Positions 8,236 to 16,779 of a DNA stretch of 64,000 nt are shown here, in pieces. This DNA is from Patescibacteria group bacterium (GTDB taxonomy: Bacteria > Patescibacteriota > Minisyncoccia > Phycocordibacterales > UBA12079): the NCBI GenBank assembly GCA_034661035.1, contig JAYEKM010000008.1, positions 11,677 to 75,676 on the forward strand, given 5' to 3'. Positions within the stretch are counted from its first letter, which is position 1. Every line of letters starts with the position of its first letter. Below the pieces are notes generated by a model that had not been told where the DNA came from, did no database searches, and worked only from the letters and a program-made list of their open reading frames with translations. A program made the translations under genes and the position numbers.

Positions 8236-9476
8236 AAATATTATCAATAGAAACTAGTTGTGACGAAACTGCTATCAGTATTTTAGAAGCTGAGGGTTCT
8301 TTCGGAGACAAAAACAACCCGCCCAAATTTAAGATTTTAGCTGATAATTTAATCTCTCAAATTGATATTCACAAAGAATACGGGGGTGTCTTCCCTGCTC
8401 TTGCAAAAAGAGAACATTCCAAAAATCTTATCCCCCTCTTAGCCAAATCACTGGAAGAAGCCTCTCTGGCTGTTCCAACTAATAATTCATTTGATAAAGG
8501 ACCAATCAAAAAAATTCTAGAAAGAGAACCCGAGCTAACTAAGTTATTTTTAGAATATATTCCAACCATTAAAATTCCTGAAATAGATGCTATCGCTGTT
8601 ACCCAAGGACCAGGACTTGAACCTGCTCTATGGGTTGGAATTAATTTTGCCAAAGCCCTATCTTTAGTTTGGAATAAACCACTTATTCCAGTTAATCATA
8701 TGGAAGGGCACCTCGTCGCTTCGCTCCTCAAGTCAAAAGTCAAAAGTCAAAAGTCAAAAGTAATTAAATTTCCTGCCATTGGACTACTAATATCTGGCGG
8801 GCATACAGAACTTATATTAATAAAAAAATGGGGTCAATATGAAAAAATTGGTCAAACCTTGGACGATGCGGTAGGTGAAGCTTTTGATAAAGTAGCTAGA
8901 ATGATGGATCTGCCCTACCCTGGCGGACCAGAAATTTCTAAACTAGCTCAAACAAATAGAAACTACACTTCCGGAGGTCCGACCTCCGGAAGTGTAGAGA
9001 TTGGACCTCCACAGGTTAAATTACCAAGGCCTATGTTAAACACCAATGATTTCAATTTTTCATTTTCTGGTTTGAAAACAGCCGTCTTATATCTAATCAA
9101 AAATCTAAAAAAAGAAAACAGTTGGGAAGAATTACCGATCGAAGTCAAACAAAAAATTGCACTTGAATTTGAAGACGCTGTGATTGAAATTTTGCTTAAA
9201 AAAACCAGGACTGCGATTGAAAAATATAATGCTAAAACATTAATCTTAGGAGGTGGTGTTGTTGCTAACTCTCAAATCCGCCAAACCTTCCAATCACTTG
9301 GAGGTCCAACCTCCAAGTTAGAAGTTTCGATGCCAGAAATAGAATTTTCAACCGATAATGCTGTGATGATTGGCATTGCTGGTTATTTTAGATATCTTCA
9401 GCAAAAAGAAAAAGGTCAGTTGCAAACTGCAACCGACCTTCTTGAACTCCCAGCTGATGGAAATTTAGAGTTCTAG
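8232..9476 (+). CDS. tsaD: tRNA N6-threonylcarbamoyltransferase TsaD, with in-frame repeat insertions
   Basis: IETSCDET, YGGVFP, GPGL, NHMEGH, LISGGHT, DDAVGEAFDK, FSFSGLKT, DNAVMI. Confidence 0.97.
   Translation: MKILSIETSCDETAISILEAEGSFGDKNNPPKFKILADNLISQIDIHKEYGGVFPALAKREHSKNLIPLLAKSLEEASLAVPTNNSFDKGPIKKILEREPELTKLFLEYIPTIKIPEIDAIAVTQGPGLEPALWVGINFAKALSLVWNKPLIPVNHMEGHLVASLLKSKVKSQKSKVIKFPAIGLLISGGHTELILIKKWGQYEKIGQTLDDAVGEAFDKVARMMDLPYPGGPEISKLAQTNRNYTSGGPTSGSVEIGPPQVKLPRPMLNTNDFNFSFSGLKTAVLYLIKNLKKENSWEELPIEVKQKIALEFEDAVIEILLKKTRTAIEKYNAKTLILGGGVVANSQIRQTFQSLGGPTSKLEVSMPEIEFSTDNAVMIGIAGYFRYLQQKEKGQLQTATDLLELPADGNLEF
8730..8761 (+). repeat. Heptamer tandem repeat (AAGTCAA)x4.5 inside tsaD
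   Basis: Directly visible; encodes KSKVKSQKSKV. Confidence 0.9.
8963..8997. repeat. 35-bp palindrome inside tsaD
   Basis: CTACACTTCCGGAGGTC-C-GACCTCCGGAAGTGTAG, perfect 17-bp arms; related copy ACTTGGAGGT-CCA-ACCTCCAAGT at 9296-9318. Confidence 0.9.
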
Positions 9477-9698
9477 ACCTTCCTCACAAATTTCAGTATA
9501 CCGCCGAAACATCGTTTCTGTCTCCTCATCTAACTTTATAAAGCCTTGACCAAACGGATGAAAACCAACCCCTTGCATCTTTTCTTTAATTTCTTCCTTT
9601 AATTTTAACAGCTCACCATTGTTTACCTCAAACCTGTCGAAATCAGGGTGTTTAAGATATGGCGAAATCAGATTACTGGCATCTTTTAAAAATAACAT
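9465..9698 (-). CDS. Small hypothetical protein
   Basis: 77 aa, strong SD AAGGAGGT before ATG; fills the gap between tsaD and valS. Confidence 0.6.
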   Translation of the reverse strand: MLFLKDASNLISPYLKHPDFDRFEVNNGELLKLKEEIKEKMQGVGFHPFGQGFIKLDEETETMFRRYTEICEEGLEL

Positions 9699-9819
9699 GT
9701 TTCTACCTCCTTATTATTTGAGTTATTTAAGAACTTCGGCCTACCGCAAATATTATCTAAAATACCGAACAAAAGCAACAGTTTTGGAAAATAACCTCTC
9801 TGTATGTTATTATAATCCC

Positions 9820-11955
9820 ATGCACGAAAAATTTCTAAAACCTTATCAACCAAAAGAGTTTGAGGAAAAAATATATCAAATCTGGGAAGATAGTGGATAT
9901 TTTAACCCAGATAATCTGCCTGAGAGGCATCAAAACCCGTTCACTATAATTATGCCGCCACCCAATGCTAATGGCTCTCTTCATTGTGGGCATGCTCTTT
10001 TTGTTGCTCTAGAAGATTTAATGATTCGTTACAAAAGAATGCAAGGATTCAAAGCTCTCTGGTTGCCTGGAGCAGATCATGCTGGTTTTGAAACTCAAGT
10101 AGTTTATGAAAAAAAATTAGAAAAAGAAGGCCGATCTCGTTTTAAAATGGATCCCAAAGAACTCTACGACGAGATTATGCAATTTACCTTAGATAATAAA
10201 AGTTTTATGGAGGGGCAGGTTCGTTCTTTAGGAGCTTCTTGTGATTGGTCAAGAGAAAGATTTACCTTGGAGCCAGAGATTATAAAAACAGTCAACGAAA
10301 CCTTCAAACAACTTTCTGATGATAAATTACTTTACAGAGGGGAAAGGATCGTTAATTGGTGTTCCAAGCACCAGACTTCCCTCTCCGAGCTAGAAACTGA
10401 ATCAATCGAACAAGAAGATAAATTCTACACTTTCCAATACGGTCCATTTCAGATAGGAACAACTCGCCCAGAAACAAAATTTGGTGATAAATACGTCGTA
10501 GTCCACCCTGATGATGACAGATATAAAGAGTACAAACACGGACAAAAATTCGAACTAGAATGGATAAATGGTCCAGTTACAGCCACCTTAATTAAAGACG
10601 ACGTTATAGATATGGAATTTGGAACAGGGGCAATGACAATTACTCCTTGGCACGACCCAGTAGACTTTGAAATCGCCCAAAGACATGATTTAGATTATGA
10701 ACAAATCATCAATTTTTACGGAAAGATGCTACCCATTGCTGGGCCAGAATTTGAGGGAAAAAATATTAAAGATGCAAGAGAGTTGGTAGTAAAGAAATTA
10801 GAAGAGAAAAACTTGATGGTTAAAATTGAAGAAAATTTTAAACACTCCGTAAAAGTTTGCTACAAATGCAATCGCCCAATAGAACCTCAAGTTAAAGCTC
10901 AGTGGTTTATAAAAATGGAATCATTAGCTGAAAAAGCTTTAGCCGCTGTTGTAAAAGGCGATGTTAAGTTTGTTACAGAAAGGCATGAAAAAATATTTAA
11001 ACATTGGATGAAAAATATCAATGATTGGAATATTTCAAGACAAATCATTTGGGGAATTCCTATTCCAGCCAAGATATGTCAGAAATGTAACGAAGGAGTT
11101 GTTGATTTAGATAATTCTGTTTCAGAATGTCCAAAATGTAGTGGGGAGATGGAACAAGACAATGATACTTTTGATACTTGGTTTTCTTCAGGGCAATGGC
11201 CTTTTGCAACCTTAAATTTTCCAGAAGGTCAAGATTTTAAAGAATTCTACCCTACTGATATTATGGAAACTGGTCACGATATTATCTTCTTCTGGGTAGC
11301 TAGAATGATTATGCTAGGAATTTACAAAACAGGGAAAGTACCTTTCCAGACTATCTATTTACACGGAATGGTTCGCGACGGTAAAGGCAAAAAAATGTCT
11401 AAGTCTAAAGGTAATGTTCTCAACCCTCTTGAGTTGAGCGGAAAATATGGAACAGATGCTTTACGAATGTCCTTACTTGTTGGGAACACCCCTGGGACAG
11501 ACATGAATTTATCTGAAGAAAAAATTAAAGCTTACAAAAAATTCGCTAATAAATTGTGGAACATCACTCGTTTTATTTTAGACAACACAAAAGAGATCGG
11601 CGAAATAGATTTAAATAGCGAACAATTAGGTGAATTAAGAAAATCAAACCCTGAACTGAAGAAACTTGAAGAAATAATAACTGACATTACTGAGGATATG
11701 GAAAATTATCGTTTCTATTTAGCTAGTGAGAAAATTTACCACTATACGTGGCACGAATTTGCTGATAAAATAATAGAAGAGAGTAAACAAGATTTAGATA
11801 AAGAAGAAACTCAATTAATGTTATTGGATATATTGCAAAATATTCTAAAAATATTACATCCTTTTATGCCTTTCGTTACAGAAGAGATTTGGTCAGAATT
11901 ACCAATCAAAGATAAAAAACTGTTACTTATTGAAAATTGGCCCACCTTTAATTAA
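9820..11955 (+). CDS. valS: Valyl-tRNA synthetase (compact form; start moved to MHEKFLKPY)
   Basis: PPPNANGSLHCGH, PGADHAG, DWNISRQ, DTFDTWFSS, KMSKS; no C-terminal coiled coil. Confidence 0.96.
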   Translation: MHEKFLKPYQPKEFEEKIYQIWEDSGYFNPDNLPERHQNPFTIIMPPPNANGSLHCGHALFVALEDLMIRYKRMQGFKALWLPGADHAGFETQVVYEKKLEKEGRSRFKMDPKELYDEIMQFTLDNKSFMEGQVRSLGASCDWSRERFTLEPEIIKTVNETFKQLSDDKLLYRGERIVNWCSKHQTSLSELETESIEQEDKFYTFQYGPFQIGTTRPETKFGDKYVVVHPDDDRYKEYKHGQKFELEWINGPVTATLIKDDVIDMEFGTGAMTITPWHDPVDFEIAQRHDLDYEQIINFYGKMLPIAGPEFEGKNIKDARELVVKKLEEKNLMVKIEENFKHSVKVCYKCNRPIEPQVKAQWFIKMESLAEKALAAVVKGDVKFVTERHEKIFKHWMKNINDWNISRQIIWGIPIPAKICQKCNEGVVDLDNSVSECPKCSGEMEQDNDTFDTWFSSGQWPFATLNFPEGQDFKEFYPTDIMETGHDIIFFWVARMIMLGIYKTGKVPFQTIYLHGMVRDGKGKKMSKSKGNVLNPLELSGKYGTDALRMSLLVGNTPGTDMNLSEEKIKAYKKFANKLWNITRFILDNTKEIGEIDLNSEQLGELRKSNPELKKLEEIITDITEDMENYRFYLASEKIYHYTWHEFADKIIEESKQDLDKEETQLMLLDILQNILKILHPFMPFVTEEIWSELPIKDKKLLLIENWPTFN

Positions 11956-11960
11956 TTTCT

Positions 11961-12671
11961 ATGTTAAAAGAAACAACTATTTTTTATACCATCATAGGAG
12001 GATTACTCCCTGTACTTATTTGGCTTTGGTTTTGGTTAAGAGAAGATAAACTTCACCCAGAACCACGTAAATATATTTTTTTGGCTTTCATCTTCGGAAT
12101 AATTTCAGCCTTATTAGTCCTACCTGTAGAAGAATTCCTTGCAAAATTCTTACCAGTAGCTGGGATAATCCCAATCATTGTCTTTTCCTTTGCTGAAGAG
12201 ATATTTAAGTATTTTGGGGCTTATTTTAGCTCTTTAAGAAAGAAATATATGGATGAACCTATTGATGCTGTCATTTATATGATAACAATAGCCCTTGGAT
12301 TCGCTGCTTTAGAAAATACATTATTCTTGATGCACTCAATAAAAATAACAGGGGGTGATATTTCTCAGGCCTTCTTAGTAGGTAATATGAGATTCATCGG
12401 TGCTACCCTACTTCACACTATTTCGTCTGGTGTTATTGGTTTATTCATAGCTCTATCTTTTTACAAAAGACAAGCCCTTAAAAAAAGATATCTGCTAACA
12501 GGTATAACTCTTTCCGTTGCATTGCATAGTTTTTTTAATTTTTTTATAATTAAAGCAAAGGGAGGTGAAATGTTCTTCATGTTCATAATGATTTGGATAG
12601 TTGCTATTTTATTAATATTCCTTTTCGAGGTTGTTAAAAAAATAAAAAGAAAAAAACGGTTGGCTAAGTAA
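11961..12671 (+). CDS. PrsW-family intramembrane glutamic protease
   Basis: DKLHPEP, EEIFK, GFAALEN, two His motifs. Confidence 0.9.
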   Translation: MLKETTIFYTIIGGLLPVLIWLWFWLREDKLHPEPRKYIFLAFIFGIISALLVLPVEEFLAKFLPVAGIIPIIVFSFAEEIFKYFGAYFSSLRKKYMDEPIDAVIYMITIALGFAALENTLFLMHSIKITGGDISQAFLVGNMRFIGATLLHTISSGVIGLFIALSFYKRQALKKRYLLTGITLSVALHSFFNFFIIKAKGGEMFFMFIMIWIVAILLIFLFEVVKKIKRKKRLAK

Positions 12672-12735
12672 ATCAAATCGTCATAAAAACACATTATTAT
12701 AATCTTTTTTTATAAATACTCATTAAAAAAATAAT

Positions 12736-13191
12736 ATGAAATCATTTTTTGACAAATTAACAGGAACTGTTGATGTAGAACAAGAACCTGAAAACTTCAC
12801 TAATCTGAAGGTAAATGATGAGAGTCAACAGGATGAAAAATCATCTACATGGGAAGAAGAGGAAAACGAAGGAGAACTCTCAGTCGATGTCTATGACGAT
12901 AAAGATCAAATAGTCGTTAAAACCATGGTGGCTGGAGTAAGGCCAGAAGATTTGGACATATCTATCACAAGAGACATGGTTATTATCAAAGGAGTTCGTT
13001 CAGAAGAAAAGGAAATTTCTAAAAATGATTATTACCACCAAGAACTATATTGGGGTTCTTTCACAAGAACCATTATGCTACCAACAGAAATTGATATAGA
13101 GGAATCAAAAGCTACTGAAAAGTATGGACTACTGATATTAGAATTACCTAAAATAGACAAAGAAAGAAAAACCAAACTAATAGTGAAATAA
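12736..13191 (+). CDS. Hsp20/alpha-crystallin small heat shock protein
   Basis: VDVYD, AGVRPEDLDI, ELYWGSFTRTIMLP, GLLILELPK. Confidence 0.92.
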   Translation: MKSFFDKLTGTVDVEQEPENFTNLKVNDESQQDEKSSTWEEEENEGELSVDVYDDKDQIVVKTMVAGVRPEDLDISITRDMVIIKGVRSEEKEISKNDYYHQELYWGSFTRTIMLPTEIDIEESKATEKYGLLILELPKIDKERKTKLIVK

Positions 13192-13226
13192 AAAAAGAGG
13201 TTGTATTTATACAACCTCTTTTTTTA
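13190..13226. terminator. Bidirectional terminator
   Basis: AAAAAAAGAGGTTGTA/TACAACCTCTTTTTTT between convergent genes. Confidence 0.75.
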
Positions 13227-13236
13227 TCTAAAAACT

Positions 13237-14310
13237 TTAATACAAATACTGACGTTTATTACTTTTATGCTGATCAAAATCAACAGCATAATGCATATTC
13301 CCATAATCATCTGATAGATAAAAGAGATAATCGGAACCAACTGGTGTAACTGTCGCTAACAGTGACCATAAACTTGGATTGGCAATCGGTCCTATTGGAA
13401 GGCCTTTATTAGTGTACGTATTATAAGGAGATTCAACCTTTAAATCTTCTAAACTCAGCTGATAAGTGTTTTTTCCTATAATATAAGGAAAGACTGCGTC
13501 AACTTGAAGAGGCATACCAATCTCAATTCTCTTCCATAAAATTCCAGCTATCACCCTCTTAGATTTCAAGGTCCTAGCTTCTTTTTCTAAGATAGAAGCC
13601 ATAATTACAATGTCCTTTATATCCATACCTGAAGCTTCTATTTGCTCAGAAATCTCTTCAATTTTATTATAAAAATTTTCTTTCATGGTAGTGATAACAG
13701 CTTCTGGTGTAACTGTAGGTAAAAAATAATAGGTATCAGGGAATAAAAAACCTTCTTCAGCTTGAGCCACTTCTATAAATTCTTCCTTATCAAATTCTGG
13801 GAATTTATCATTAAGTAAATTTGCCATATCAAAAATAGTTAAACCTTCCACAAACATTATTTTCGTCGGAGTAATACCATAAATAGCAGAAGTAGTTCTC
13901 CATAAAACTTTAACTACTGAGCATCTTTCTTCAAAAAAATAATCCCCAGCCATAACACTACGGTCGTTCATCAATACTTTAGCTAAACCACTAAACACTG
14001 AAGCTGATTTAATTACGTGTTTTTCCTCTAGAACAGCAGCAACCTCATTAAGGGTCATCCCTTCTTCAACTCTAATAATAGACCCCACAGGAAAATCGCC
14101 TGGAGATAATATTAAAGAAAAATAAAGGAAAGACAATGACACAACACTAAAAGCTGTTAAGTTAGTTCTCAGCTTAATCTTGGGCAGTTTCCTAAGAACA
14201 GAAATTTTTATGTAATTTAGGAAAGTCGCTACCTTACGGAAACTTCCGATAAAAAAGTTTTTCAAAAGAATTTTACTATTCCTTGGATTATAGTTATTTA
14301 GGTTAAACAT
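13237..14310 (-). CDS. mltG: Endolytic transglycosylase MltG (YceG)
   Basis: EGFLFPDTY, MASILEKE, GMPLQVD, SPYNTY, GLPIGPIANP. Confidence 0.93.
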   Translation of the reverse strand: MFNLNNYNPRNSKILLKNFFIGSFRKVATFLNYIKISVLRKLPKIKLRTNLTAFSVVSLSFLYFSLILSPGDFPVGSIIRVEEGMTLNEVAAVLEEKHVIKSASVFSGLAKVLMNDRSVMAGDYFFEERCSVVKVLWRTTSAIYGITPTKIMFVEGLTIFDMANLLNDKFPEFDKEEFIEVAQAEEGFLFPDTYYFLPTVTPEAVITTMKENFYNKIEEISEQIEASGMDIKDIVIMASILEKEARTLKSKRVIAGILWKRIEIGMPLQVDAVFPYIIGKNTYQLSLEDLKVESPYNTYTNKGLPIGPIANPSLWSLLATVTPVGSDYLFYLSDDYGNMHYAVDFDQHKSNKRQYLY

Positions 14311-14313
14311 AAA

Positions 14314-15570
14314 TTAAATAGGTAAATTGGTAGGTGCTTCCGCTTTCTTTGACATTAAACGAGAGAAAGTAGGTGTTTGGATTACACCACCTGGGAAATG
14401 ATAAATGGTTGCTAACTCTTCTGTATTTAACACAAAAGGACGGTACTCCCTTGAAAGAGCTCTTCTCTTGAAAGAATTAAAAATACCTCTTTTCAGCCTA
14501 TTAACCCTCATATTTTTGTAATCCTGCCAAGGATAATCAAAACTTGTCGCCATAGAAAGACCAAATTGGTTAAGGTCAAGAGAATTAAATTGTTTAAAGG
14601 CCCCTAAAAGACCCATAATATTAATAGCATCAAATTTATCACTTTCTGATAAATAAATTGCTCTAATATTACAATCAAAACTTAATTTGGAAATACCCCT
14701 TTCTATAGCAGAAACAACCGACAACTCCCCCTTGGTCATTATACGATAACCTTTACTTGGATCCTTTTCGTCAACTAAGACCTTCTCCACTAAATCTTTA
14801 ACCTCGGCCTGACCTTGAGCCCTCCAATCTTCTTTACCAGAGAATTCCATCTTTTTAAACTTATCTTTCCATTTTAATTTTTTAACTCTTTCTTTTTTAT
14901 GAGCTCTCACAAGAATTTGAAACCAGACCTGTTGACCAGACCCAACTGCTCCCAAAAATTCTAAAATAGGACTAAGAGGATCAGTTTTCTCCTCCTCCTT
15001 AATTCCTTCTGTTTCCAGACGATAATCTACATAAGTTTTAATAGGATAAAAATCATCTTTCTTTAATTTATATTCACAACCCCAGAGTGACAACTTATCA
15101 GGACTATATTTAACAAATTTTGTATAATCAACCACTTCACTAACTTCTATATCTGGGTACTGAGCATAGATTTGAGCTTCTACTAAATTTTTCCAAAATT
15201 TTCTTGTCCAGATAAAAAATTTAACATCTCCCTCTAAAGACACCATTTCCAAAGAAAAAACAGGTCTTTCTGAACCTTTAATATACTTATGTATAAAAGT
15301 ACCTTCACCGATAGTTTGATTTAAAGCATTTAGAAAAAGCTCCATAGCTAAAGGAGTCTTTTTAATTTCATTAGGTAGCTTAACCTCAATAAGGACATAC
15401 TCCTGATTTACATTAAATTTCATCTTTATGTAATAAATCCAAACATGCCAAAGAACATAAACTAAAACAACCGGTAACCAAATTGGTAGGAAGAAATATA
15501 AATTATTTAAAACAGTTGCTACTAACCACTGAAACGATGATGGAAAAGAAGCTAATAAACTATCTATCAT
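14314..15570 (-). CDS. Conserved CPR-type membrane-anchored hypothetical protein
   Basis: N-terminal TM; FSLEMVS, IYAQYPDIE, YPIKTY, LNTEELATIYHFP resemble the domain often paired with VirD4-like ATPases in CPR. Confidence 0.6.
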   Translation of the reverse strand: MIDSLLASFPSSFQWLVATVLNNLYFFLPIWLPVVLVYVLWHVWIYYIKMKFNVNQEYVLIEVKLPNEIKKTPLAMELFLNALNQTIGEGTFIHKYIKGSERPVFSLEMVSLEGDVKFFIWTRKFWKNLVEAQIYAQYPDIEVSEVVDYTKFVKYSPDKLSLWGCEYKLKKDDFYPIKTYVDYRLETEGIKEEEKTDPLSPILEFLGAVGSGQQVWFQILVRAHKKERVKKLKWKDKFKKMEFSGKEDWRAQGQAEVKDLVEKVLVDEKDPSKGYRIMTKGELSVVSAIERGISKLSFDCNIRAIYLSESDKFDAINIMGLLGAFKQFNSLDLNQFGLSMATSFDYPWQDYKNMRVNRLKRGIFNSFKRRALSREYRPFVLNTEELATIYHFPGGVIQTPTFSRLMSKKAEAPTNLPI

Positions 15571-15631
15571 TAGATTATATTTTACTATAAAACATAGGAG
15601 TAAGAAAACCCCTAACTGTATAAAAAACTAT

Positions 15632-16654
15632 TTAGGAGATGTGGTATAAACCATCTTTATTTTTCTTGAAAAAATCTGAATTTTGTAAGTTTACCACTAC
15701 AGTATTACCTTTAACGTACCTTTCTTTTAGAACTTTATCTATAATTTCATCCTTAGAAAGTGGTCCTTCTTTCTCTAGAATATTTCTAATAACGTCTCTG
15801 ACGATACCTTCTGTATATCCCCATTCTGATAAAGCGTAAAGTCCTCTTCCAACCAAAACAAATCTCTCATCTTTAATCAATTCGTTATGACAAGTAGCCA
15901 CATGGACTTTCTTATTGAAATGTTTTTGAATCATATTAGCAACTTCTTTAAAGTGCATAGGTGAACCATTTTGTCTTACTACTAGATAAGCATGACTACG
16001 GATACCCTTAACCTTAACATCTGGTGACTTTGATAATCCCCACTCATCGAAAGGATTCTTATCAATTACCTTAGATAAAGATAACCATCTCTTAGCATAT
16101 TCTTCGTTTTGAGCTTTTAATTTAGCGTTCTTATAAACCAGAGAAATAACTTCACTTTCAGGAAGTAATTTATCTACATCAAATTCTTTGTGTAATTTCT
16201 TTAAGATAGTAAGAACGTCTTTAGACAATTTTTTGTCTACAAACCACCTACTCTTAAATTCTGTATTTTCTTTTTCCTTCACAAAAGAATCTCCTAAAAT
16301 TAGGAGTAACAACAGATGATTTTGAACTTGTTTATCACTGGAAAGATGATTAAGTAATTCATCTTCAGCCACGATAGCTCCAAGTGAATTTATTACATCA
16401 ACTAGTTCATTAAGAACAGCTTCCGTTTCAGTGCTTCTGAAATTATCGGACTTCTTGATGTTCTTCAAGGAATAATTTTCTATTTGTCTTACCCTTTCCC
16501 TTGTAACTCCGTATTGTTTTCCAATAGCATCCAAAGTATTCTTTTTGGCACCTTTATCCAAGCCGTATCTACGGATAATTATATCTTGAGACCTTTCAGG
16601 TAAGTCAACAAGAAGTTTCTTGCTTATTTGTTTTGGATTAAATTTTATTGTCAT
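15632..16654 (-). CDS. Sigma70 region-4-like HTH plus C-terminal winged-helix (HARE-HTH-like) protein
   Basis: RRYGL...TLDAIG..YGVTRERVRQIE; PMHFKEV, HNELIKDERFVLVGRGLYALSEWG; no sigma region 2. Confidence 0.75.
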   Translation of the reverse strand: MTIKFNPKQISKKLLVDLPERSQDIIIRRYGLDKGAKKNTLDAIGKQYGVTRERVRQIENYSLKNIKKSDNFRSTETEAVLNELVDVINSLGAIVAEDELLNHLSSDKQVQNHLLLLLILGDSFVKEKENTEFKSRWFVDKKLSKDVLTILKKLHKEFDVDKLLPESEVISLVYKNAKLKAQNEEYAKRWLSLSKVIDKNPFDEWGLSKSPDVKVKGIRSHAYLVVRQNGSPMHFKEVANMIQKHFNKKVHVATCHNELIKDERFVLVGRGLYALSEWGYTEGIVRDVIRNILEKEGPLSKDEIIDKVLKERYVKGNTVVVNLQNSDFFKKNKDGLYHIS

Positions 16655-16779
16655 ATTATTTCTAGTAAATCCTGTTTATCCTTAAATAAACCTTTAATTT
16701 TGTGATTTAGCTAGCATTTAAAGTATATCTATTTTTAGCATTTTTTTAGAAAAAAGTCAAATTTTGGACAATCTAAACC

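Noticed and set aside
8714-8729. CGTCGCTTCGCTCCTC in tsaD resembling a REP-like repeat fragment
   Set aside because: Only a partial motif without paired arms, and it encodes plausible native residues after HMEGH
9619-9819. ORF-track N-terminal extensions of valS (also relA, four-helix-bundle, VanZ-like, MFP and last GT4 genes)
   Set aside because: Extensions run through promoters, repeats or an opposite-strand gene; family similarity begins at the downstream ATG
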